41,705 nucleotides of DNA from Octopus bimaculoides (GCF_001194135.2 NC_068982.1:139751725-139793429), one strand, 5' to 3'; positions 10,037-22,800 are shown, counted from the stretch's first letter. Notes: generated from the sequence alone by a model not told the origin. Translations and numbers: made by a program.

Positions 10037-11165
10037 TAAGGGGGCGAGCTGGTACAAGCGTTAGCAACGCTGGATTAAATGTTTAGTGCTATTTCGCCCG
10101 TAACTACGTTCTGAATTCTAATCCCATCGAGATCGACTTTGCCTTTCATCCTTTCCGGGTCGATAAATTAAATACCAGTGTGGGAGGGGGAGTAAGTCGA
10201 TGTAATCGATATAACCCCCCTCCCGCAAGCTTCATGTGAGGCAGAAATTTGAAACCATCATTATCACTAAGTATAAGGCGGCGAACTAGCAGAAAAATTA
10301 ACACGCCGGTCGAAATGCTTAGTGGTATTTCGTCTGCCGTTACGTTCTAATTTCAAAATCCGTAGAGGTCGACTTCTCCTTTTATCCTTTCGGGGTCGAT
10401 GAAATAAATACCAGTTACGCTCTGAGGTCGATATAATCGACTAGTACACTACCCCCGAAATTTTCGAGGCCTTCAGCCTAGAATAGAAATAATAATAATT
10501 ATTATAAGCGTGGCGGCGACCTAGCACAATCATTAGCGTGCTGAACGAAATGCTCAGCGGTTTTTTGTCCGTCATTATGTTCTGAATTCAAATTCTACCG
10601 AGGTCGACTTTGCCTTTCGTCTTTTCCGGGGTGAATAAATTAATAACCAGTAAAATACTGGGGTCGATGTAATCGACTAGTTCCCTTCCCCTAAATTTCA
10701 GGCCTTGTGCATTTAGTAGAAAAGATTATCATTATTATCATTAAGTTGTTGAGCTGACAGAATCTTCAACATGCCGGGCAAAATGCTTAGTTGCATTTCG
10801 TCTGTCTGCAGGTTCTGAGTTCAAATTCCGCTGAGGTTGACTTTGCCTTTCATCCTTTCAGGGTAAATAAATTAAGTACCAGGAAAACAATGGGCTTGAT
10901 GTAATCGACTATCCCCTCCCCTACAATTTCAGGCTTTTTGCCTAAAGTAGAAAACTGATTGTTGAGACTCCAGACAAAATACATAGTGCCATTTTGCCCG
11001 TCTTTACATTCTGACTTCACATTTGGCCGAGGTTGACTTTGCCTTTCATTCTTTCGGGGTAAATAAATTAAGTACCAAGAAAACAATGGGGTCGATGTAA
11101 TCGACTATCCCCCTCCTCCAGAATTTCGTGCCCTGTGCTTATAGTAGAAAAGATTATTATCATTA
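10037..11165 (+). mobile_element. Head-to-tail array of five SINE family A copies
   Basis: Copies start near 10037, 10274, 10512, 10743 and 10956. Each has the B-box-like GxxTTCxAATT segment, the GACTTTGCCTTTCATCC body and a GTCGATGTAATCGAC-like motif. Confidence 0.85.
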
Positions 11166-12884
11166 GGTATATTATTACCGACTCTAATGGTAGTTTAAAC
11201 TCTAATAATTCCGATTCGAATCTTTCTCTATGTTGAAATGATCTACTACTTATTTCAGCAAAATAATATCACAACTATATTTACACACAATGAAAACAGC
11301 AGGAAATATGTTTGGTTAACATACTACAGGATGAAGTGGAGAGTGAAAGACCATGAGTTGCTGGATATATGTAAAACGAGAAAATGAAAAAATTCCTGAT
11401 GCTAGAAAATAAAAGAAATTTTCACCTACATGAAATTATTTCCGCAAACACCAACAAGTTTATTAAATATGTTAGAGCAACACATAACGAAAAGCTTAGT
11501 TAAGATATGTAGCACATGGCCGCGCATGCGCATATACATGTATATAAAGATGACAGACGGAAAATAGAATTAACCAGATTCTTTATTCAGAAACGCTAGA
11601 ATCGTTTCGACGCATCATGCATACGTACCTTACTGGCGAGATACTGTACAATCAATGGACATGCTTTAGAAGTTCAGCTGCATCTCGTCAGGCGACTTTT
11701 CGAAAAAATACCTCGTTTTTCACTTGCCATTTCTCTTGTTTCTATTACAATACATTTTGGTTAGTGTAGTATTCTATCCGTCTCCATAATGAACAGAGAT
11801 AGAATCTTAAAGAGTTGAAATAGAATTTTAGTTCATTATGGAGACGGATAGTATAATTCCCCAACCAAAATGATTTTATATAAACTCTACGGATGCAAAG
11901 TAATTCCTGAAGTAATTCAAGTGGCATATGGCTACATACTCTTAATTGACATCAGGTAGCTGAATACTCTGGACGGGCTTTAAGCAACATACTACCTGCT
12001 GTCTATCCGAATATATAATCATTACCACACACATACATATATACGTACTTATATTTTCCATACGTCACCTAGACATCGATGATTATTGACGGGAAGACGT
12101 TGAAAGTTTCGCTTCCTATAATTTTTCATGTATAAATATACACACAAAAGCAGACATATATACCATGTATTTATATATGTATGTGTGTATGTATGTATGA
12201 ATTTAAGTATGTATGTATGTCTGTATGTTTGCATATTTGGTATATTTGTCGATGTTTCAAAAAAAAATTATCGGCTTTTATACAAGATAAATACATAAAT
12301 ATAGTTTATATCTCCAAAGTTTTAATTGCTCATTTGTAAAACAATAATAAAGATGATAGATGCAGTACCAGGCAGTGGCGTTCATGGCTTCTGATCTTAA
12401 CTGACTGGGAGCGTTATTATGTACATGTTTTCCTTGGTATAAAATATGGGCTACAACAAATATTTTGCTCAGTGACACAGATTTGTTTGTCAGTTGCTTG
12501 AGAATCACACGCTGAGCAAGTCGCTTAGTGGCTGAGGATATGTACATGTCTGATCACGACCAGAAGTAGTGTGGAAGCATCATAGCTCTGAGTCGAGAGG
12601 ATATTATGGAGGTTTGAATAATTCCGCTCTGGAAACATGGGTGTTTCGCTTATCATCCTTAGACAATACTTATTTAGGGATATTCGATCGGAAGAAAATT
12701 CTAATTGAACCCCACCTGCAGGGTCATGCGCTGTTATCTTGATATAAAGTCAGCATGTCCTGCATATATATGGTTGTGATGCATGTACCTGGTGTACACT
12801 TATCAGAAGGGTAGTCATGGTTGGTATATTGGGCTTCTGGTACACCAATTTCACTTTAATGACATGCATTGCTCTTTCACTAAA

Positions 12885-12903
12885 CAACAACAACAACAAC
12901 AAC

Positions 12904-12934
<31 letters not shown>

Positions 12935-13028
12935 TTGATAATGTTATATAAACAATAATAATATAATATAAAATGATAATAATGATAACAATAATAATAA
13001 TAATAATAACAATAATAATAATAATAAC
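12885..13028. repeat. (AAC)n/(AAT)n compound microsatellite, tail of the adjacent minus-strand SINE
   Basis: Direct reading of the sequence. Confidence 0.9.
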
Positions 13029-13029
13029 T

Positions 13030-13235
13030 CTTTCTGCTATAGGCACAAAGCCTGAAATTTGTGTGGAGGGGAATAGTCAATCACAATGAGCCTAGAACAA
13101 GACTGGTGCTTAATTTATCGACCTCGAAAGGATGAAAGTCAAACTACCTCGGCGTAATTTGAACTCAGAACGTAGTAAAATTGACAAAATGCCATTAAGC
13201 ATTTTGCGCGGCGTATTAACTACTCTACCCACTAG
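13030..13235 (-). mobile_element. SINE family A
   Basis: Reverse complement of the family body: CTTAATTTATCGACCTCGAAAGGATGAAAG...AATTTGAACTCAGAACGTA. Confidence 0.8.
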
Positions 13236-13399
13236 ATTCACACGATTGTATGTAACATGGTTGGATTACAAAAAAAAAACAAAAAAAAAAACATGTAACA
13301 TTGTATCGCACAGTTAAATATATTACATAATGAGTGCGCTTGGAATGACAGACAAGATGATGAAAACGGTTAATGAAAGTATGAGAACAGAAATACTGA

Positions 13400-14430
13400 A
13401 TTGTTTGCATAAAAACAAAGGCTTAGGAATGTATACATCGGACGTGGGATGTATACATTAGACAAGGTGATAGGTTATTTCCATTACTATTTGTATTGAT
13501 CATGATACCGCTTAGTTTGATATTGCGGAAGTCAAACGAGCTTATTATTTGGGAAAAGTTTATTGTCGGCTAAATCATGTCTTTTATATGGATGGTAGAA
13601 CACTTTACGCGTAAAATGAGAAGCAACTTGTATATACTGTTTGCATTTTCGAAAATAGTTTGAGTATGGAATTCGTGAGTGAAAAGTGTGCTATGTTGAT
13701 ATTGATACAGGGAAGATTTGAGAGAAACCAGGAATTGAAATGCCAAATGGAAAAACAATGAAAGCATTTGAGAAAGAACAGTGCTATAAGTATTTGGGAA
13801 TAATGAGGCCAGATGTAATAAAACAGGAACAAATGAAGCAAATTACAAGCAGGGGATATAAAAGGAGAGTGCGAAAAATATAGTCAAGATTGAGTTTTTA
13901 AAAATGTTATTGAAGCAATTACTTGAAGAATTGAAAACTTGAACTGAGAACGAGGAAAGTTTAATATGCGTGGAGCCCACCATCCAAAAGCCTATATTAA
14001 CTGGTTGTACATGAACAGATATCTGTGTGGAAGAGGCTTAAATGGCATGGCGGTTTACGAGGATTGTGCAGCACTGCTCAGAGATATCACTAAAGATAGT
14101 CAATAAAGAACATGTAGTGAAGTGTGGAATAGAAAAGGACACGAATGAAATTCTTAGAGAACATGTTAAACCGATTGGTGAGAAAATTTGCATGGTCTGT
14201 TTTGTAAATGAAGAACAATATCATGGGCTTAATTGAAAAAAACAATTGAAAAAGGAAAGAGCTTTCTCATAGCAGGTCAAGATCAGGAGCTAGAAACGAA
14301 CAACTTGAGAAAAATGAGTGGAGATAACATGTAGAATTTGTGAATATGTAGAATTTGGGATTGAACAATGCATACATCGTTTTCTGAGTGCTCCGGTTTG
14401 GCTTAATGGGAATGTAAGAAATATGGAAGT
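13400..14430 (+). pseudogene. Decayed R4/Dong-clade non-LTR retrotransposon, RT through CCHC finger
   Basis: Colinear blocks: IRQGD, LNHVFYMDG (13570-13596; cf. INHLLYMDD), MEFVSEKCAML, YKYLGI (13785-13802), YKRRVRKI, GAHHPKAYINWLYM..GRGL (cf. HPKSDVDRLY..GGRGL), and CRIC followed by an HIVSEC-like segment. Many stops and frameshifts. Confidence 0.85.
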
Positions 14431-15030
14431 TAATAAAACGAGATATTGACTACATGTTCTGAAGCTGGAAGATATTCCATCAATATTACATCCTCATATA
14501 CAGAATATCTCCATCTATTTCTTTGTTACAGTTAATACCCGTCTGTTTATAATTAAACAATTACGTATATTCCGAATTACAAAAAATATCTAATTTTATG
14601 ATTGAGCAAATACATAATAGAGTAATATAAACACTGGTTTGTTATTTATTTTAATTATAATTTAAGATATAATAGAGATTAATTTTATAAAATATATTTT
14701 TTCTTTCAATTAAAGAATCCGCAAATACACATTATTTTAATTATTTCTGTGGATTATTGTTAATCAATATTGCATCACTATTCACAGCGTTTTATATGAT
14801 ATCGGTTAGCTGAAAGTGGAAAGGATAAATGTCTTTGTGGATAATGCCTTCAATACATTTCCATCAAAAAACTATAATATAAATACTGTTTACTGAAAAC
14901 AAAAATGAATACATCTATTTTAACGTAACAGACATTTGGCACCTGCATATTATGAACAATTTTGTGCATATGAAATATAATTTACGTCAACGCTATACCA
15001 TAAATGTTTCCCATTATATGAGTAGCGCAT

Positions 15031-15193
15031 GTCGATTACATCGACCCGAGTGCTCGAATGGTTTTAATGTTAATTACCCCGAAAGATTGAATAGCAAAGT
15101 CGACCTCGGCGGAACTTGAACTCAGAACTTAAAAACGTACGAAATGCTGCTATGCATTTAACCCGGAGTGGTAACAATTCTGCCAGATCGCCG
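15031..15193 (-). mobile_element. SINE family A, diverged
   Basis: GTCGATTACATCGACCC...CAAAGTCGACCTCGGCGGAACTTGAACTCAGAAC is the reverse complement of the family body. Confidence 0.75.
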
Positions 15194-15339
15194 GCGGGGA
15201 ATAGACACAAACACAAAGACACTCACACATATAAACACACGACACCATTTATATATATTAACACACACGCACCCCCTTATATATGTGTGTGTATGTGTGT
15301 GCCTGTGTGTGAATTCACGCACACACATGCACGGACACA

Positions 15340-15430
15340 CACATACTTTTTTCGTTTCCATCAACCCAGTTCACTCATAAAGGTTTGGTTGGCCTTCGGT
15401 AATAGTAAACGATGCTTGCCGAAACTTCCA
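15340..15430 (-). mobile_element. Diverged fragment of the SINE family seen at 34370-34788
   Basis: TTCGTTTCCATCAACCCAGTTCACTCATAAAGG aligns loosely to the reverse complement of CTTGTGCGTGGATTTGGTTGAGGGAAACTGAA (34478-34509), and the copy is likewise adjacent to a CA/GT tract. Confidence 0.45.
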
Positions 15431-16194
15431 CGGGACACCTCCTTGGCCAGGCGTCTTCTACAACTCGCCTGCTATATCTGTCGTAATTTCTATGTATTGA
15501 CAGCAATACTGTAATTGGTGAAAACATTAAGTTTTTCTAAACATGTCCTGTTAAAAACAGAATTAGTCAATGAGTAGCGACTACGATATACAATTTGCCC
15601 ATTCCATTCACATTTCCTTCTACAGAGCCACGCTTTGCAGGGCGATAAACTTCCATTTCACATTCCTTTGTGCAGTTCTGGGAACGAATTATTGTATGAT
15701 TCCTAACCATACTGGTATTTCAGTTTTAACATCCTGTTGGCCATATTAGGATATCCGGCTTACATTATAAATCAAGTTAATGCAACTAGTTGTAGTATAG
15801 TTCCATTTTATTATATACAATGCTTCTACGGCTGTGCATTTATAGGGCAACGCATATAGAATAGTTAGAGAAAAGACAATCGATGAGTCGAGAATTACAT
15901 AGGATAATTTGAATGAAATATTGGACCGGATCATTCCATCAGAACAGCTAATGTGTTCAACATTTTATTCATTAAGTTGTCTGTAGGATAGAGTTTATTG
16001 GAACATACTTTTACGATTTTCAATATATCATTTAATTTAAAAAAAATACAAAACTTTACAAAGGGTATGCCAGATCTAGTTTATTCTTGTATTTGTAAGT
16101 CGCATTCTTCACATCTATACATGGTCTCTCTCTCACTCTTTTCATTGTTTCTCTCTCTCTCTTTCTATCTCTGTATATGCATGTGTACGTGAGT

Positions 16195-16197
<3 letters not shown>

Positions 16198-16251
<54 letters not shown>
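16198..16251. repeat. (TA)n microsatellite
   Basis: Direct reading. This is one of many TA, CA and TACA tracts, most of the others abutting N-gaps. Confidence 0.95.
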
Positions 16252-16255
<4 letters not shown>

Positions 16256-19245
16256 CATATACACTTATGCACATATATACCCGAGCACACACACACAGAA
16301 ACGTACATACATAGACACACATACATGTGTGTGTGTGTGTGTGTGCGTGTGTGCGTGTGTGTGTGTACGTACGTACATATATACCTTCACATCCGTTTAT
16401 TTGTGCATGAACATGAAAGCGTAACACAAATAAATGCTACTCCTATAAATGGATTATAGAATCCTTCATTCAGATTCGATTTAATCAGTGACGAAACGGG
16501 AAATGTTTTGAGCCATGTTGTCTTGTTTGAAACCGGAATATATCAGAGAGAATGTAATAAAATGATTTACAATGAGAAAAGCATCAGCATAGTTCAAACA
16601 AACCCTGGTCTTCTACGTAGATAGAATAGAATATTATACGATTATGGGAGCCACAGCCCATATAACTAAGCTTCAGAAGTGTAATAAAGCAATTGTAAGA
16701 AGTAAAATGAAAATGTATTTGTAGGAGGGAAAATGTAGCAACATAACGTCATACAATTGTAAGCGACCATAATTCTCTCTGCTTCCTTTTAATAGCGCTC
16801 TAATGCCATACGAATAGAGAATTAGCTCATTTGTTTAATGATGCTAGGTCATCTAACTTCCTCTTTCTCTCACTCCCTTTATACATTCCTTTACAATCTT
16901 ATGAAAGCCATCAATTACCGATCTATGTTTTATTACATGCTGAACAGTTCATATATATTCATCATGTTCCACGACAAAGAAGAGCTCTGTTACACTATGT
17001 TAACAGAAACATTTCCTATTCTTATTCATTTTATTGAATGTTTTCGCAAATTGCTAAAACGAGGACGCGCAATAGAATATTTGCTGTACAATAAAATAAA
17101 CGATTCAGAGAAATATACGACAAGAAAAAACGCAAAAATGAATAAGAGATTGAGATTTTGATTCAAACCTAAAGAGATGCAGATAGGGAGGAAAAAGAGA
17201 AAAGCAGAACAAAACAACAACAAAAAAATAGAAACAACATAGAAATAATATTATTCAGACCTTTACATAATCTGTATTTCACGTACACATTTACACGAAT
17301 ACTTAGAGAGTATTTCGTACGTATGTGAGAGAATTGTGCACTTTTAAACTCATATACTACTGCAGTTTCAATTCCCTTTAGATTCACTGAAAGATCCACT
17401 TCTTCGTTCCGCTCGCATTTAAGTCTTTGTCTTATCCTGTTCTATCGTGAAGTAAAAGAAAAAGTGGATTTTATTCATACTTAGAATAATACAAAGAGAA
17501 ATATTTCAAGAAAACCATTGGCAAACATTGTCAGTGCGTTCACGAGATCGAATAATTTAATATCTCCTGCATTGAAGCCAGGGCTAATAAGTTCCATATG
17601 TCATGTGTATAAGAGACTTCTCGTTTCTGAATCACTATTTGTATTCTAGGCTAACTGAGGATATGTTTGTTGTAATATTTCTTTAAAGAAAATTCGGGGG
17701 GAAAATGTGATATCGGGGCGTATGAGTTACAAACCTTTGTAAATACTTCACAGTAATGGATACACATTATCTACGATTAAACACAACAGTTAACACATTT
17801 AGTATCCCAATGATACGTGTGAGCGGAGAAAACAACATGACTGATCAGCATAGCAGTAATTCTTCAGTGAGAGTAGGAAATGTCTCTGCTGCGTCTTGAA
17901 TTATTCGGGGGAAAATTGGTTTACAAATGTGAAAACGGATGGAGGAGAATTTATCTGGCGTTCAATTTCATACGCTTTATCAAGCGTAAGTTCATAATAT
18001 TCAGTTTGCATATAAATGAAGATGAAGACTTTTAAAAGTATTTAATGCAATTATAGTATTGTTCATGATTTACAGAAATATTTATAATTATCTCAAAGAT
18101 ACACACATACAACTGAATATCTAAAAATCAGATAAATCCATAGTTGTGTGTTATATCGTCAACCAAATTTGAGCTCAGAATATATATACCTACTTCTAAA
18201 TAAATAAATTATTATTTTGCGGAGCTGTAAAATGTGGTTTTGGCTACAAGACTCAGTTCAATTTAAATGAGGAAAACTCGTGTTAAGCTAGATAACTTTC
18301 AATGCATTTGTTGTTATTGTGACTAACGTTAAATTCTAAGTCAGGTGTAGTTGAGTAAACATATCATTCTACTCATTCTAACCTCGAAAATATTCCATGT
18401 TTACAACCTTTATTCAAATCCAGATTATTCAATGTGCTATTCTGTTTTCTTAGAACGTTCTCTGAAAAATGAGAGAAATATGTTTGAATATTTTTATTTA
18501 GAAGCGATTCCATTTTATATTTTATAGTTTAAATATTTGCATCGGTCAATCTCCAGTTTGTGCTTTGTATGCTTACATATACATACGTGGATATATACAT
18601 CTCATTCTTTTCGTCTTTCTTCTTCTGCGTACATACATAACAAATATCTACTATTACATGCACATCCATATTTCCTTGCACATACACACACACAGATACA
18701 CGATTTAATATAAACAAAAGTGCATATATCCTCTCATACGCTCAATCACAGATTCACACACATACACGTAAGCAGATACACAATACATACATAGCCGCAC
18801 GCATACGCGCTATTTGCACGTGGATATGATCATACAAATACCAACAGGCACTGACGATTTCCTCTCAGACTTCCGGTTAATTGAGCAATTCCAGCTAACC
18901 CACGCGACTTTTATTCCTAGCTGTCTTTTCTACTCTCTTATCACACTGCCTATCTTTCTTGTCTGTCCCTGGAATTTCGTCTAGTTTCTGACGGAGGACT
19001 GTGTACAAAACGTATTACTTTCAAGATGTAGCATTTGCTCCATAACTTTTCTCCATTTTTGAGTGAAAAACATGATAATATCTATTATTATTTACATTAT
19101 TTACATTTGACGGACATTTGTTCTCATCTTGTTTCTTGTTAATACAACGTGTCGGCTGATATACCCTCCAGCCTTCATTCGAGGAAATTTCGAATCCGGA
19201 TTCTCATTTCTAAGGTATTTTTCGATGTTACTATTATTATTATTA

Positions 19246-19309
19246 TGGCGTAGTCGTTAAGAGCGCGGGCTACTAACCCCAAGATTCCGAGTTCGATTCC
19301 AGGCAGTGA

Positions 19310-19313
<4 letters not shown>
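19246..19313 (+). ncRNA. tRNA-derived head (Pol III type-2 promoter), not a functional tRNA
   Basis: A-box-like TGGCGTAGTCG (19246-19256), B-box GAGTTCGATTCC (19289-19300) and loop CT-ACT-AA flanked by GGG/CCC. The acceptor and anticodon stems are imperfect. Confidence 0.7.
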
Positions 19314-19360
<47 letters not shown>

Positions 19361-19420
19361 TAATAATAATAACATTGAAAAATGTCTTAAGAATGAGAAC
19401 CCAGGTTCGAAATTTCCACA

Positions 19421-19466
19421 AGACGCTGATGAATGCTGGAAGGTATATCAGCCGAAACGCTGTGTT
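19421..19466 (+). ncRNA. Hammerhead motif, mutated at the cleavage triplet
   Basis: CUGAUGA (19426-19432), stem II GCUG/CAGC, GAAAC (19454-19458), then GCU instead of GUU, then GUGUU. Confidence 0.55.
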
Positions 19467-20148
19467 ATCAACAAACAAGATGAGGACAAATATCCATCAA
19501 ATGTAAATAATGTAAATAATGTACATAATTCTTCACCTCTTAAATACAGAACTGTAATATCAACTATGTTCGACACTCGAACGATTGATATTGCTTGTTT
19601 GTATATATGATGTTGTTTTCATATTTGCTTTCTCTTCATATAAATCAATTGGGCACTGCGGAAAGCCTGTGAAAGTCCAAACTAGATCGACTGTATTGCT
19701 TCTCCTCAGAAATAGGTTTTCTGTATTGAGGCATCCATTGTTGCCGTCATTGTTTGTCCTGTTGAGTAGCTATCAGTTAACCCTAATTCAGTTGAACTTT
19801 GATGAATATATACGTCGCAAGTCAGTTATATTATGTATACAACGGCGTTATAAACTATGGCTTTTCTTTCTTGAGAGAGTAAATTGAATTGTGATATCGC
19901 AGCGGACACTCTTGGGATTTCACACAATAATAGCCTCGACTAAAAGAAATTATTTAAGAATTAAAATAGAATAATTCTCATCATTCTCTCAATTCTCTTA
20001 TCAATTTATAAATGGTATGAAGATCTGAAGTAACAAAAAGCATCATTTAAAATCTTACTAATTTGATTCCAGGGCTATTATGAATCTGACAGATTCACCA
20101 GTTCAAATTTAATTGATATAACTACACATACGCACACCCCATCATACA

Positions 20149-20181
<33 letters not shown>

Positions 20182-20207
20182 GTATACATATATATAAACC
20201 AAAATTG

Positions 20208-20239
<32 letters not shown>

Positions 20240-21713
20240 NNNNNNNNNNTATGTCACATAGGCGTTAAAGGAGGAAGAAAGATGAGATATAAGAGGTGAG
20301 GTTCTGTTTGGTATTTTGCATTGTACCATACCTCGTAGAATTCTTAATTTGATATATTTATACATAATTTTCTCGGTACTCCGGAATCCGTCAATACCTT
20401 GCCACGAATTGTGTGAAATCCCAAGGTATATTGTCAATTATACACTGCTGTAACAACTATAAAGCTTGAAACACGTGTACCGCAGAATCCTTTGTGTTTT
20501 TGTTTTTATTTTTGCATTTACAATTTATTCATTCACCTCAACCACGAGCTGGCATACACTGGTGCTTACAATTGTCAAGTATTACCTCTAACATTTATAT
20601 ATATATATATATTTACATATATATGCATTCATATATATACATAATACATACATACATACATACATGCATGCATACATATATACATACATACATACATACA
20701 TACATACATACATGCATACATACATACGTACATACATATATATTAGGAGTTGATGAAATATAGATCAGTGTAATTAATGTATGTTGTCTAAAATGTATCG
20801 TAATCTCGACGGATTTCCTGCCCCGGAAAATCTCTTCATAGTAATGATATAGAGTTTTCAAATGAACGTAGCAAGTTAATTGCAGAAAAATTGAAGCAAC
20901 AAAACGTTTTATAATTCAATAGATTTTCTAGAAAAAGTTACTGTTAATGGTAATATACGAGTTCCAAATTCCAGACAACTGTAGTTGCAAATTCTAATGG
21001 AATAATATAGAAAATATTTCAAAATATTCATCGTTATGTCTTGTCATACTGGAGCAAAAGGTGTGTTTAAAATTAGTTTCTGTGAATCGACAATGAAACA
21101 ATTTTCTATTTACAAGATTATTAATATTTAAGAGGGTATATTGGGATTATATTTCAAGATTATAGAGAATATGATGTTTAGATAGAGCAAGGGAGACGCA
21201 AGAATTAAATAAAGTTATGATTATAGTTACGAAAACAGAGCTGGAGAATAATTAATTAAAAGGAAGTTTAAGACAAAATTTAAACACATCAGGTTGAACC
21301 ACTGAGGAATACGTTGAAAACAAACCACTTTAGCGGGATGGTTTTAAAATTAAACATGTAATTATAGTTCACGGAATGTAATACAGAGCAAGTCAATAAC
21401 AGTAAGGAAAGAATCAAAGTGTAAGCAAGCGTCGAAGTGCCAACGGTATTAAGAAAGATTGCTTCATCAATAATGCAACCAACATTTTTTTCGACAACAG
21501 AATTGGAGCGTTCTAAACTGTAGAAAGGAGAAAATTACGTATAAATTGTATTTTTCACAAAAGGACTGTTTTAATTGTTCATTATTTTAAAACAATATGT
21601 TGCAAAGCGCAAAATTATGAAGATTTGCCCCAAAAAGTTTCCGATAAATTTCACTGAGAATTTTGAGACAGTATATAATAATTTGAGTCAAAAACATATT
21701 GATATATTGTCGT

Positions 21714-22092
21714 GGCACTCTGTTGGTTAGGACGACGAGGGTTCCAGTCGATCCGATTAACAGACAAGTTTGCTTGTGAAGTTAACCTGTAAGCGGCCGA
21801 GCTTTCCACAGACACGCGCGCCCGTAACGTAGTTCTCGGGAAGATTAAGTGTCACGGAGTGTGTAACAAGGGTGGCTCTTTGAAATACGGGTAAAACAGA
21901 AACAGGAAATAAGAGTGAGAGAAAATTGTGGTGAAAGAAGACAGCAAGGTTCGCCACGCCCCACCCCCTGCCGGAGACTCGTGAAGTTTTAGGTCTTTTC
22001 GCTCAATAAACACTCACAACGCTCAGTTTGGGAGTCGAAACCGCGATCCTATGACCGCGAGTCCGCTGCCCTAACCACCAGGCTATTGCACC
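21714..22092 (-). mobile_element. tRNA-derived SINE, family B (about 380 bp)
   Basis: Minus strand starts GGTGCAATAGCCTGGTGGTTAGGGCAGCGGACTCGCGGTC...GGTTTCGACTCC, giving clear A and B boxes, followed by a GC-richer body distinct from family A. Confidence 0.75.
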
Positions 22093-22109
22093 ACTACTAT
22101 TGATATATA

Positions 22110-22324
22110 ATAGTTTCTATTCTAGGCACAATGCCCGAAATTTTGGCGGGGGTGCCAGTCAATTAGATCGACTACAGTAGGCAACTGGTACTTAATTTCT
22201 CGACTCCGAAAGGATGAAAGGCAAAGTCGAACTTCGCTTAATTTGAACTCAGAACGTAAAGACAGATGAAATTCCGCTATGCATTTCGCCCGGCGTGCTA
22301 AAGTTTCAGCCAGCTCACCGCCTT
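22110..22324 (-). mobile_element. SINE family A
   Basis: Reverse complement of a full head (AAGGCGGTGAGCTGGCTGAAAC), B-box and body. Confidence 0.85.
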
Positions 22325-22629
22325 TTCGCTATTGATATATAACAAGACAAATTATAAGAGTTATGCAGCAAAATCTACAGCAAATTATACGTAAAAATAT
22401 ATACATTTGTGTGTATGGTGTACTGTAAGTCGAATTTAAGTTGTATGTATGGAATTCTATATCGTAAGCAGATTAAAAGCAAACATAAAATATACTCAGA
22501 AAACAAAGTTAATTATTTAAACATTAGTAGTTTTATGTTAACGAATTCACTTTGGTGTTAGGTCAAGTATTGCTATTTGTTTGTGGATGTAAGCATCAAT
22601 AAATGCACTTTTACATATTAGGAAGCTTC

Positions 22630-22800
22630 AGGCTGTGAGCTGGCAGAATTGTTCGCACGACTTTACGTTCTCAGTTCAAATTCCGCCGAGGTCGAGTTGG
22701 CCTTTTATTTTTTTCCGAGATCAAATGATTTAAGTACTGATTGAGCAGTTGGTTTATAGTACCCTCACCCGAAATTTCAGGCCTGCTGCCTATAACAGAA
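22630..22800 (+). mobile_element. SINE family A, internally deleted
   Basis: GAGCTGGCAGAA..GTTCAAATTCCGCCGAGGTCGAG..CCCGAAATTTCAGGCCTGCTGCCTATA. Confidence 0.7.

Larger units (their letters stand above)
19088..19556 (+). mobile_element. Composite non-autonomous element, copy 2 (gap-free): inverted arm / tRNA-like head / (AAT)n / hammerhead arm
   Basis: 19088-19245 is an inverted, truncated copy of 19314-19556. Both arms match 994-1206 and 1956-2206, and the right end GAACTGTA is shared with copy 1. Possible short TSD TAATATC at 19076-19082 and 19555-19561. Confidence 0.85.

Noticed and set aside
10037-11165. CRISPR-like repeat-spacer array
   Set aside because: The context is eukaryotic and the units are ~230-bp diverged SINE copies, not short identical repeats with unique spacers.
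12360-12885. GC-richer block that resembles an octopus interspersed repeat as I recall it
   Set aside because: There is no second copy, terminus or coding signal in the window to support or classify it.
15660-15725. Possible small host exon (TTTGTGCAG acceptor, GTATTT donor, frame LGTNYCMIPNHT)
   Set aside because: Too short, the donor is weak, there is no recognisable domain, and I found no compatible neighbouring exons.
18988-19014. Hammerhead-like CTGACGGAGGACTGTGTACAAAACGTA
   Set aside because: Both core halves deviate (CUGACGG, AAAAC), stem II has a mismatch and stem I is absent. At most it is a decayed PLE tail.
19246-19313. Functional tRNA gene with anticodon ACT
   Set aside because: The acceptor and anticodon stems are poorly paired, there is no T-run terminator, and the sequence is embedded in a repeated element. 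I treat it as a SINE-type head.
20078-20437. 119-aa minus-strand ORF
   Set aside because: Half of it is microsatellite and gap, and the remainder has no recognisable motif.
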